DNA of 61,711 nucleotides, counting the filler, from Asterionella formosa (lineage: Eukaryota), in assembly GCA_002256025.1 (NCBI GenBank). It is 11 parts of 11 records of this genome, joined end to end, with 100 filler letters (N's around TTAATTAATTAA, not from the genome) between each part and the next. Parts side by side here need not be neighbours in the genome. Positions count along the whole stretch, not along the records: positions 33,777 to 39,266 come from NKIB01013031.1; positions 39,367 to 44,882 come from NKIB01013032.1; positions 44,983 to 50,493 come from NKIB01013033.1; 8 more parts are not named here. One strand, given 5' to 3'. The stretch's first letter is position 1. Every line of letters begins with the position of its first letter. Under the pieces are notes generated by a model that had not been told where the DNA came from, did not search any database, and saw nothing but the letters and a program-made list of their open reading frames with translations. Shown piece after piece: positions 36,886 through 48,190 of the stretch. The position numbers were made by a program, and so were the translations under genes.

Positions 36886-37342
36886 TGTAGGTTCGTTTTA
36901 AAACGTGTTAAATTGTCTAGTTGAAATATCACAGATCTTACTTTTAAGATCTCTAAAGCTGAAAAAGTATTTTCACTTTACACTTTGTAATATTGTGAGC
37001 TTTCTGTTAATAGTCTATCTAGGTCTTGTTCTTGCCTGATTACTCATGTAATCCCGAACAAGACTTCTCACACTTTCCTTGATCTCGTCAAGAATGATCT
37101 TGCTTACCGGTACTTTGACAATAAGTAAGCATATTCATTTGACAATAAGTGAGCAGCACTTATTCTTTTGACAATAAGTGAGCATCTGATTTACTTGTCA
37201 ATAAATAACATCTCCAGTCATTTGTCAATAAGTAAACATCTCCAGTCATTTGTCAATAAATGTCGAAATGTTTTGGGTCTTGGTTTCTAATCACTACTAA
37301 GAATATTGATTCTCGATTTGTTGGATTCCATATATTTTATCA
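36886..37342 (-). repeat. Probable 5' LTR of the copia element, with an internal TTTGACAATAAGT repeat cluster
   Basis: On the minus strand it runs TGATAAAA...AACCTACA and ends 11 nt before the gag ATG. No second LTR is present to confirm the boundaries. Confidence 0.55.
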
Positions 37343-37938
37343 CCCTGGTGGTACCAGGTACCAAAACACCGATACTATCTGCTCGCTTGCTGTTGACCCA
37401 ACGTTCTACAGTATGTATTGTGGAAACACATCAAAACCGAAACGGAGGCATACCGGGTAGTCAGTCACACTTCGTCACTTAGCTACCGTTGCACTGATTG
37501 ACAATTCTACGAGTATGAAACATGACTTAGAAAGAGTACTAAAGGTAACATGCTACCGGTAGGCTTGTCTGGCCACATTCAAGCAGTTATAATGATGACT
37601 GAGTCGGGACCAGGGAATCTCGATTCTTGAAACAGAAACGCACAAGAAGATATTTTTATGTATTCATGGTACACATAGGAGTATGACGAAAAGTGATCCG
37701 TCAACGTAATCGATTTTTCTTGGTTTCGGTCACAATATATATAAAATAAGCATGAGAGTTGAACCGGATAAGTAAAATTAATCGTTTTATCTCCCAAATC
37801 AGCCATTAGTCATGATTCATGATCAAATTGAGTCTAGTCATGAACATGAGTCAATCTTTACGCATATGTAAATAACTTAATGAAAGTTTTGTATCACAAA
37901 ACTGAATACTGAAAACCCACAAACCTTCATTAATCAGC

Positions 37939-39266
37939 ATGAACAACGAAAAGCAAAGTGAAGGCAAGCGAGATGAGGAGCGTGATGGAGGACATGATAA
38001 AAGTCCTTCACCGGTGGCACCACCACCACCACCACCACCATTTGCTAGCGATGGCATGAAGCAGAGATTTTCGTCGTTTCGTCAACCCGATGACGGCATT
38101 TCTCAGCAATCTACCAAGGAACCAAAGCGCAATATAGCAGCACTACCTAAGGCTTGGAAAACTGATGATGACGAGGCTCATCATGAAGCGAATTACACTT
38201 TTCTTCCCTCCTCTTCAAATACGCAGAACCGAGTAGTTGAAGGCGGCGACAGCTCCTTTCTCGCCGAGAAACTCAAACACGCGAATAGAAGTGTCACCTT
38301 TCGTAGCAAAGGCCTCGCCCAGAATTTTGCAGAGGCAGACTTGGACGACGAAAGACCTAGAGTAGTTGAACTCGGTGCCAAAAAATCTGGATATGAGATG
38401 GAGGAAAGATCCAGCGTGAAATCCTCTAAAACAAGGACAATGACGCTACCAGGTGCATCACGAAACGAAGCAAATCAGCCTGGAGCGTTTCATCAAAATC
38501 CTTTCAAAACGAGAGACGACATTCTGCCAGTCACAGAAGTTTCCGGATCACTTGAGATGGAGAGTACTCCAACCATTCCCCCTGCTAGTGGAGATGACCT
38601 CTTTCTACTTGAAGCCCAGATTGTAGAACAGTCCGAGCTTGTCGAAGCGTATGCCGTAAAGGAAGAAACAAAAGCTAATCTGGATATGGCTTCGGCCAAG
38701 ACAGGCAGAAAAAGGTGGAAGATATACATTTTTCTTGTTGTCGTGATGGTGGCTGTTGTTGCAGGCGTGGTTGTTGCTAACAAGCGAAAGAAAATGGGTC
38801 CTACTCAGAAACCTTGGCAGCAATTTGGTCAGTCTGTGGAGGGAGCCGCACCATATGAGTGGTTCGGATACTCAGTTTCTCTTTCGAGCAACGGAACCAT
38901 AATGGCTGCTGGAGCTCTGACGCAGTCCCTGTCCCAAAATCAAAATGAATCCGGACCAGGATATGTCCAATCGTTTCAATTCAACGGCAGCCAATGGAAA
39001 GAACTTGGAACCAAGATTTTGGGGTCTACACCAGGGGGCGGATTTGGCTCTGCTGTTGCTCTTTCAAGCGATGGACTCACTTTGGCTGCTGCTGGTGATG
39101 CTGACATAGAAGCTGGAGTCATCCCAGATAACATCAATGCCGGCTACGTCCGAGTGTTCCGTTTCGTTGGATCTGATTGGCAACAAGTTGGTCAAGATTT
39201 GAAAGGAACAACTGCTAATGACTTGTTCGGCAAATCATTGGCACTTTCGGGAGATGGAAGCATTGT
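37939..39266 (+). CDS. Type II membrane protein with FG-GAP-like beta-propeller repeats; 3'-truncated
   Basis: Disordered N-terminus, one TM helix (IYIFLVVVMVAVVAGVVVA), then repeats WQQ.GQ...G....FG.SV.LS.DG..A.G...G.V..F. Confidence 0.85.
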
Positions 39267-39424
39267 NNNNNNNNNNNNNNNNNNNNNNNNNNNNNNNNNN
39301 NNNNNNNNNNTTAATTAATTAANNNNNNNNNNNNNNNNNNNNNNNNNNNNNNNNNNNNNNNNNNNNTACCTCGAGACCCCAAAAATTGCATCCAGCCATG
39401 CCAACAGACTACAGACTAAATAAT

Positions 39425-40464
39425 TATATATAATAGTTAGTAACTCCACTACCGGTATTTCAAAAATGATCCTAACTATTACCGATAGGGTACTTGGTAC
39501 ATTAAATCCAGAACGAAGGATATGCGGTTTTTCAGTTTGGCCAGAAAAGACTAATTTTGGAGACTTCAGGAAATTCCATCCATTTCCTGAAATTTCCTTA
39601 CGTATTTCCTTTCGTTTCCTGACATTTCCTGAAGTTTCCTCAAGTGTCCCTGAAAGTCATAGTCATTTCCTGAAATTTATAGGAATTTCCTGAAAGTCAT
39701 AGCTAATGCTTCCTAAATGTCATAGTCATATGCGGTTTGTTCTCGTTTTTGCAATAGAAGAATTCCGCCATTTATCTCGCTGAATCGTGCTATAAATAGA
39801 AGATGTTTTTTTCATACGTTATAAAATATGTCGATGTCCGGTAACATGTTGTCCATTTCAGGAAAACGAGATGCGGTCATTTTGCTTAAATAAACAATTC
39901 GATATAGGATAAAACAAGCTAAATCCTTAGCTCAGCAAAATTACCGCAACTTGCAGTACCAGGTAGTCGACCCCCGCCAATGAGTGCACACGTCCGGGAC
40001 TGCATATACCGGTAGCGATACATGCACATACGGTTATATTTTTACCGTATATATAATAGTTAGTAACTCCACTACCGGTATTTCAAAAATGATCCTAACT
40101 ATTACCGATAGGGTACTTGGTACATTAAATCCAGAACGAAGGATATGCGGTTTTTCAGTTTGGCCAGAAAAGACTAATTTTGGAGACTTCAGGAAATTCC
40201 ATCCATTTCCTGAAATTTCCTTACGTATTTCCTTTCGTTTCCTGACATTTCCTGAAGTTTCCTCAAGTGTCCCTGAAAGTCATAGTCATTTCCTGAAATT
40301 TATAGGAATTTCCTGAAAGTCATAGCTAATGCTTCCTAAATGTCATAGTCATATGCGGTTTGTTCTCGTTTTTGCAATAGAAGAATTCCGCCATTTATCT
40401 CGCTGAATCGTGCTATAAATAGAAGATGTTTTTTTCATACGTTATAAAATATGTCGATGTCCGG
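39425..40464. repeat. Two apparently identical direct repeats of about 417 bp (39425-39841 and 40048-40464) flanking a 206-bp spacer that contains a MITE
   Basis: Constant offset of 623 bp; internal TTTCCTGAA sub-repeats. Confidence 0.95.
39872..39956. mobile_element. MITE copy, 5'-truncated
   Basis: TGCGGTCATTTTGCTTAAA...CAGCAAAATTACCGCAACTTGCAG-TA. Confidence 0.8.
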
Positions 40465-41096
40465 GTATGCTCTCTGCCTACATACCGGTAGAAGAATTAT
40501 ACAATCGCTCATGAATCGACCATGAGAAATTTCCCATTACCATGATAAAATGACTATTAATTTTCGATTTTGTACAACTACTTAACACTTTTATAAGTTG
40601 CTTAGATAGAATACATGTTTCGCTAGCAAGTAGGGAAAGAAACGAACACGTAGCTTTGATATTCATTGCGAAATAGCTAAAATAGAAAATCGGCGGAAGC
40701 AACATGGCGTTCGACCGCAACGACAATATCTCCATTTTTTTGGGCTGTTCCAAGGCGCCAGGAGAAAACCTATCCGGCCGCTCTTCCCGAATCAAAACCC
40801 GAGTAGTTCGTACATAACCGTCGTACATCAAGTAGACATATTCTATAATATCAGAAGCTGGAAACAACAATTGGCTTATAATTCGTGATTTATCTGTTTA
40901 CAATAGGTGTATCATCATTGTCATGATGTTACTGGTACCTGGTACCAGTACCAGGTACCAAACCGGCGATCATCATGATGTTCCAAGAACATAGATACTG
41001 GTACATGCTTGAAAACATGCTGACATGAAGCCAATTGTACCAGGGTGGTGGTACCAGGTGCCTGGTACCCCTGGTACCATTATGAATCGGTAGTTA

Positions 41097-41500
41097 TGTT
41101 GAAATGGTCCGTACTCCTTCCCGCGGGTTGGGTCTCTCTTCACGTAGACTCTTACGTGGTCGTAGTACTACCTAGTACCACTTACTTTCTCTCTTGTCTC
41201 TCTAGTCTTCCTGTTAGATAGACGCATTGACCTTCCTGTCAATTAACACACTGTTTCCTCGGTTGATAATCTAAACTCAAATTAAATTATAAGCTAAACT
41301 AACTGTTTCCTTTCCATGCATCTTTGCTTCCCGCAAAGTCATTCTAAGACTCGTCTCTTCGAGTTTCCACTTGACATTTCCATAGAAATCTTCAATCCTT
41401 GATTTCGTTAGACAGCTGATTGACGTGGCAATGCTATATTCGACTCATTCGATTACAATCGAGTCCACAATCCTTGTGACTCGGGCTAATATTCTTGGCA
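41097..41500 (-). repeat. Probable 3' LTR of the contig-8 copia element
   Basis: On the minus strand a polypurine tract GGGGAGGA directly precedes TGCCAAG, and the segment ends in TTTCAACA. Confidence 0.7.
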
Positions 41501-44500
41501 TCCTCCCCATTGCCACGCTCAAGAGGCTGTAACATCGTTCCACTCTGAACTGGTTCGGACAATCTCATGTGAATCTGTTCCTTCACGTTCTTAGTCATAA
41601 TGTCTGCAATATCATCTTCCTTGATAACCTTTTTCATATACTCCACTGCACTTGGAGTCCCACATACAATACCGTCATCCACGTAATTAACAAGTAGACC
41701 ATCAATTTGTACATCCTTGTTGTTCCGGTGCATAAATAACATAGGGTCGATCTTGCTCTTCGTCATACCTGGTTTATTGGTGACACATTTCGCAAACGTC
41801 TTGGAACAGCATCATGGAGTTTGTACTATCCCGTACATAGCCTTCACAAGCTTGCAAACATGTTTATCGTAATCAACCCCGATCAAACCCTAGGGCGCCG
41901 GGGCTCAATATAAATGTCCTCATCGACATCAGCATTTAGGAATGCTGCTTCCACATCAATAGCCTCCGCTCGCCAACCGTTGTACATCCTTACTGCTAGT
42001 ACCGTTTTGATTGTCGCATCGCTTGCAACTGGTGCAAATGTCTCAGTAAAATCGACACCTGGGATTTGCTCATATCCCTTCTTGACCAATCTTGCCTTGT
42101 AAATGGTCTTCCCGGTTAACACATTTTCTTTAATTCGAAATACCCACCTCGTTTTTACTGTTCGCTTCTAAACAGTGTCACGCTTGACAACTTTTCACAC
42201 TCCTCTCAACTGGAAGTTTTCATATTCTTTGTTGATCGCCTTGACCCACTCTTTCTTGTCTGGTCTTGCCATTGCTTCATCATAGCTTGCTGGTAATCCT
42301 GGATCAGAAGCCAGACTTGCGTTGTACACAAAATTCACCTGTGTATTCTTCATAACTTCCTTCATGTCATCCTCCTCGATAACACTAGTAGTAGGCATCT
42401 CAGTATCTCCTGAAATTTTCGCAATTTTCGTACTCGTAGGATTGAACGATGAGTCCAATCTTCGCATTTCATGTGCCAACTTCGCTTGCTTAGACTGAGC
42501 ACTTTCCGCACGTTTAGTCTTCACAATTGGGGTATGGGTACCTGTATCTTCATATTTCGTAATACTATGTATCTTAGTTGATTGTTCAGTTTTCCTCCCC
42601 AATTCTTGCTTGTCATCATCTTCATCTTCATTATTGGACACTTCTCAACTTTCGAACTCGTCATAAAAATCGTCATGCAATTCTTCATTATCTTCTCGAA
42701 CTGATATCTCCGTATCCTGTTGGTTGGTGACTGGATTAAACATTTTCTCTAGTCCATCCATTGGTGCATTTGTCCCGTGCCACTCACTCCACCTTACGTC
42801 ACGTGTATTGACCACACTATTTGTCTCGTGATTATATATGTGATATGTATCTTGGGAGTGGTCATCTGAGTATCCCAAAAAGACACACTTGATGGAAAGT
42901 GCATCTAATTTCTTGACACCACCTTCTCTTATAGTAACCCACCAACCAACACGTCCAAATTTCCTGTAGAGCTTGTAGGCCCGCCTTGTATTTGTTTCTC
43001 CATAGAACACATCATCAGGACTCTTCTTAGTCACTGAATTCACTGTATTGTTCGTCAATCTTGTAAATTCCATCTTGACACCTTGGTTTTCACACACTTT
43101 CTTTAGCTGCTTGGAGTTCTCACCTGCATCATCATCACATCGGACAAATATAGTCTTGTGTCCTGCACCGTCCAGCACGTTTTGTAAGTAACGCTTCCAT
43201 GACAGTTCCAATGTCACTTTTCTTCTTAAATAAAATAACTCCAGCGTTTTCTTGTATAGGTAATCATCCATGGCCATCCCCCAATACTGATTTCCCAGAG
43301 CGGATTTTGCGTAGGGTCCGCTAATATCAATTGACAGTCTTTCTCCTGGTTTCGTAGCCTTCTCTTGCGTCATCTTGGGTACATACTGTGCGTGCTTTCG
43401 CCTTGGCTGCTGCGCATCCTGCGCATCCTGCACACACCTTTAAATATCCCACGAGTTTCCACCCAAATAATTTCGATGTCTCACGAAGACATTTTTCTCT
43501 CACATGTCCGAGCATTTCATGCGCTTCATTTATTTCCACAATCACATCATTATTTTCGTTCGCGTTTCTTTTCTCGATTGTTTCACTAATCGCTTTCGTC
43601 GTTTTCTTCTTTTCGTCGACTTTCGTCCATTCACTCTTGTATTCTTTATCATAGTCGATAGATTGTTGTGTTGGCTCCTCGCTTTCTTGTTCAACCTCCA
43701 ACACCGTTTCCTTTAGAATAGGCGTTCGTTGCACATGGTACATTGCGCCAATCATCCTCGTTTCATCATGTTTGCAGATCAAAAATCCGTTGATGTTTCT
43801 GATCGTCATCTTACCATTGTCAAACATAACTTTATATCCCTTGTCAAAAATTCTCGAAATGCTGATGATGTTCTGCTTGAACTCCGGTGCATAGAGCACA
43901 TTGGTGAGTTTCAACACTGTTGTTGTAAGGGTCACCGTGCCTGATATGGTGACAACAATTGCTGCGCCGTTTCCCACAAGTACTTTTTCACGCACTGCGC
44001 GCTTGTCCTCCATGATGCGCTCATCATTGCATATATGTACCATAGCACCACTATCTAGTAACTAGCCAACGGTCCTTATGCACGCACATATGATTTACCT
44101 CTTCGTTGTACCTTGCCTCAATACACGTCACCATGAACATTCCTTGCATACTAGTGGTATTGGCATCTTCTCCCTTCTGTTTGATTGGTGCATTTTGTTG
44201 ATTGTTGCACTCACTGGCATAGTGCCTCATCTTCTGGCTATTATAACACTTCAGATTCTTTCTCTTATTTCATTGCTCGGGAGTTAATTCTCTCTTTTCT
44301 GTAGTATTGCCCTTGCTTCGGCAATCAACTGCCTTGTGATCATACTTGCCACACTTCCTGCAGTCTCCCTTAAACTTGCTCTTTGAAAAGAAAGCCTGCT
44401 CGCCATTCTTATTCATCTTGTTTTTGTCACGCACATACAAATTGTAATAGTCGAGTACATTCTTCTTGACCTCATGGATCGTGAGCTTGGAGCTTGCGAG

Positions 44501-44840
44501 ACCAAATTTTCCAACCACCAAACTCTTGTAGACTTCCGGTAGGTTGTTGATAACATGGGCCACATAGGCGCCATCCGAAATTGTGGAGCTCATACGGCTC
44601 AATCGTTCTCAAATTCTATCCAACTCCACAAACCAAATGTCAGGGTTCTAATTCTTGTTAATTGTGCATTTTGTCCACTGACCTGACAAGGCAATCACAT
44701 TTGCCATATTACTTGACTCATACGTAGACACTAACTTGTCCCACACTTCCTTCGAATTTCCATTGGGGAACTCTGCACTTCTGGCACCATTTATGTATCC
44801 AAATGGTCCACTCTGACATGCCACAATCAAACTTGCATCA
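41501..44840 (-). mobile_element. Ty1/copia gag-pol, heavily degraded
   Basis: Gag CRKCGKYDHKAVDC; protease LLDSGAMVHIC; integrase DISGPY; RT YKARLV.KGYEQIPGVDF, IDVEAAFLNA and YVDD; RNase H end ADIMTKN. Many frameshifts and deletions. Confidence 0.95.
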
Positions 44841-44983
44841 CCCTGTCCCTATTGCACACTGGATATGTCGCTTGATTAGCACNNNNNNNNNNNNNNNNNN
44901 NNNNNNNNNNNNNNNNNNNNNNNNNNTTAATTAATTAANNNNNNNNNNNNNNNNNNNNNNNNNNNNNNNNNNNNNNNNNNNNC

Positions 44984-47968
44984 GCAATAGGCTGTGATTG
45001 GGGCAGTGAAACGAGTTCGCTTTTAAGGGACTCAAGCTACAACCGAGACGAAATTGAAGTTGAAGTTTCTCAGAACATGGCAGCACCCATGTTCCTCCAT
45101 ATGGAAGATCTTGCTACTAACGATGTTTACTCAATGGGATCTGCACAGTTCAAGGAATCCGAACAGAATTATCGAGTTTCATCAATTGATGACAAGGCCT
45201 TGTTGCAGCAGACAATTGACGGCCCATCCGGCCACATTGCGGTCAGGTCATTTGAATCAGTGGAATCGGACATCTCAGATCAATCTCGAGACTTTAACTC
45301 GTCCTTTGAAATAGAAAGCGATTGTAACTCACTATCAAGATCCGACGACGACCGTGCCAGTTCGAAAGTGTGCCGAGTTAATGGCGAAGGAGGTAAATCC
45401 GCGATTGGAAGCAAAGCCGGTGATCCTATTGATCAAGACACTGAGGACACAAATTTTGGGATCGAAGCCACGGCTGATCATGTGGGTCAAAAACATGTGA
45501 ATAATAGGCTAGGCAGTGTTGATGACGAAGAACTCGTCACGAACCATCACATTGTCGGCGATTTGGAGCGAACTTTCGTGGACGATGAACTGGATGATCA
45601 ATCGCTGCGTAGACTCTCAGGCATCAATGCACTTAGTAAAGATCAGGAAAAAGGCGGTAGTTGGAGTCACGACGATTTGGAGAGGAGGTTCGTCGATCAA
45701 CAGAATTCCCGGGAAAGTGTTGGTAGCAATTCGGAAGTAAAATTGTTCGACGACGTTGTCAGCGACCCTGTCGGTAAGGACGTTCTAGAAAGAAGAGAAT
45801 TCGAACAATTCACCACCAGCAAGAATGACGATGATGAAATTTTGAGCGTCAGGAGCAATGTTGATGGTGATGGATCTTCTGCACAAAACATGGCCTGTGA
45901 CGCTAATACTTCACTTGAAGTCGAAAGAATATTGCATTGCGACAAAGGTACTACGGGTGAGTTTAACGACAGCAACCAAAGGGAAGACCATGGTTCGCAT
46001 TCATGTCATAGCATTCTCTCTGGAATAGCAACCGTTGAAGGTGAAGTTGGACAGCCACCAAGCAAAAGTGCTGATGAGAAATTGACAAGTAGAATAACCA
46101 AAAAACCTTATTTCGTTAATGAGGAGAAGGATGTTGATTCTGACGAAGGGAACTCATTCGAGGACAAAAGGGGGAGCAGTCACCGTAGATTGGAACAAGG
46201 GAACAAAAGGGATCAATTATCATGCTACAACTATACCTCTTCATCGTTGACAGGTATAGAAAGGGAATCTCATATAGCTGTTTCTGTTGGGTCGTCAATG
46301 GACAGCGTTTCTCGCGTCAATGAAGCTACGCCGATATCTGTCGAGGAAAAGGCCACAGCAGGAGGAAAGGACCTAACGCTTCCAACGGTGCCTGGTTACA
46401 TATCCGCAGAGATTGGTTTTGAAAGTAACGACAAACTTCAATTGGACAACGATGAATCATGCATTAATTCGGAAATTGGTAATGCCTATGCTGAAATATC
46501 GCGAGATGTTGGAGAAACAAGGAGTAACATTGCAGCAGGCGATGTTGACATGGGCAACTTGTGTTTAGAGGATAGGGATAGTGTTGTCGACACTGCCCCA
46601 GGGGGCGACACGCCGGACGGTGAAATGAACGACGATGATGATTCATTCGAAGTGCGTTCTTGGGGATTTGATGAAGACATTGCCAATGGTGAGGACGCCG
46701 CTTTTACAGGAAGAATTCCATTGGAAACAGGCGATGGCGACGATGATGATGAAACCGAGACCACGTGGTCAGATGGCTATAGGGCAAGCAATCTTTCGCC
46801 TATTCCTGAAACATCAGGTTCCAACATATCTTTAAGCGTTCACTACAGACAAGTTGTTCGCGGCGATCAACATTCACCCCCCGTTTATGACGTTTCATCA
46901 TTTCCTGTTGATGGCTTTATTGAGTTGTCAGCACCAGGGGTAAACCTTGAACAAGCATATGCCTCAAGTTCTGATTCTGGCAAGTTTTTCGATAGCTGCA
47001 TTGACGACGAAGTGGATGATGCTAACGTGGAAGGGATGCCAGTTCGAAGTTTAAGCAACCATCATTCTCTCTGTTCAGCGCGAATTGAAACTGCAAATGA
47101 AGATAAGTTGGCGAAAAGCATTGGTTCTCGTCCTACTGATTCAAATTACGATCGACCCTTCAAGAGTGAGAGCAATCGAGCCGACGATCATTCTGTGGAC
47201 TCCAACGGTTTATCATTCCCGAATACAAAGACAAACACAGGTGATAGGTCATACCACGGCGGAAGTTATCGATCTGACGAGCATTCTGTGGATTCCAACG
47301 GTGATCCCCCGCAAAGTAGGTCAGTTGACACAGCGGATCGATCGTACGTCAGCGTAAGGAGCAATCGGTCCGACGACCATTCGGTTGACTCCAATGGTAA
47401 TCCATGGTCAAGGAGTCCCGCTGTCATCGATGATCGATCTTTTTACAGTGACAGCGATCGATCCGACGACATCTCATTGGATTCCGGCGGGAATCCATTA
47501 CCAAGGAGACACGTTGACCAAGATGATGTCTCCTATAGCAATACTAGCAGCTATCGATCTGACGATGATTCTGTTGATTCTAATAACCAATCATTGCAAA
47601 GCTTTCAGTCTGCTGACGATTCGAGGGGTTCACCGAGGACGATGCGATCAGACTCTGAGTATCAATCCTCCTATTGCGGCAGGAGCTATCAATCTGATGC
47701 TCGGTATGCAGACACTAGTGGTATCCCATCGCCATCAACGCGACTACCGGTAGTAAGCACAGTTGTTGAGCCGTTTCAAACGACAAGGAGCTCAGATAAA
47801 GATGAGCGATCATATGACAGCTGTAGCTATCGATCTGGTTTGTTCTCATCAGCCTTGAATTCACAGGGAGAATCCTATCGATCATCTATTTCCTATATGG
47901 ATGGCGAAAGCCGGTACAGTGCTTCTATCTCCGAACGTTCTGGTCTTGACAGTGACTGTTTGGTATGA
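44984..47968 (+). CDS. Large acidic Ser/Asp-rich disordered protein with C-terminal repeats; 5'-truncated
   Basis: The frame is open from the contig start through the 963-aa ORF (45077-47968); no recognisable domain. Confidence 0.75.
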   Translation, partial: AIGCDWGSETSSLLRDSSYNRDEIEVEVSQNMAAPMFLHMEDLATNDVYSMGSAQFKESEQNYRVSSIDDKALLQQTIDGPSGHIAVRSFESVESDISDQSRDFNSSFEIESDCNSLSRSDDDRASSKVCRVNGEGGKSAIGSKAGDPIDQDTEDTNFGIEATADHVGQKHVNNRLGSVDDEELVTNHHIVGDLERTFVDDELDDQSLRRLSGINALSKDQEKGGSWSHDDLERRFVDQQNSRESVGSNSEVKLFDDVVSDPVGKDVLERREFEQFTTSKNDDDEILSVRSNVDGDGSSAQNMACDANTSLEVERILHCDKGTTGEFNDSNQREDHGSHSCHSILSGIATVEGEVGQPPSKSADEKLTSRITKKPYFVNEEKDVDSDEGNSFEDKRGSSHRRLEQGNKRDQLSCYNYTSSSLTGIERESHIAVSVGSSMDSVSRVNEATPISVEEKATAGGKDLTLPTVPGYISAEIGFESNDKLQLDNDESCINSEIGNAYAEISRDVGETRSNIAAGDVDMGNLCLEDRDSVVDTAPGGDTPDGEMNDDDDSFEVRSWGFDEDIANGEDAAFTGRIPLETGDGDDDDETETTWSDGYRASNLSPIPETSGSNISLSVHYRQVVRGDQHSPPVYDVSSFPVDGFIELSAPGVNLEQAYASSSDSGKFFDSCIDDEVDDANVEGMPVRSLSNHHSLCSARIETANEDKLAKSIGSRPTDSNYDRPFKSESNRADDHSVDSNGLSFPNTKTNTGDRSYHGGSYRSDEHSVDSNGDPPQSRSVDTADRSYVSVRSNRSDDHSVDSNGNPWSRSPAVIDDRSFYSDSDRSDDISLDSGGNPLPRRHVDQDDVSYSNTSSYRSDDDSVDSNNQSLQSFQSADDSRGSPRTMRSDSEYQSSYCGRSYQSDARYADTSGIPSPSTRLPVVSTVVEPFQTTRSSDKDERSYDSCSYRSGLFSSALNSQGESYRSSISYMDGESRYSASISERSGLDSDCLV

Positions 47969-48190
47969 GAATTCACAGCAACAGAAAATGTATAATGGTA
48001 CTTATTTAATTTGGGGGGGGGGGCTTCATCTTCGGGTTGGATAGCGTTTTCATACGTATACTGTTTATTCTTTTGTTGTTGTACACTTCAAAACCGGTTG
48101 CAAGATTAGCGACTAATGCTTGTAGGATGAAAACCGATCAAAATGACTGTAATAATAGGCAGGTACAACGACCATCATAGAATTCTTCAT

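Noticed and set aside
39466..40316. Duplicated 75-aa and 110-aa ORFs as genes
   Set aside because: They arise from the direct repeat and its TTTCCTGAA sub-repeats and have no protein-like features.
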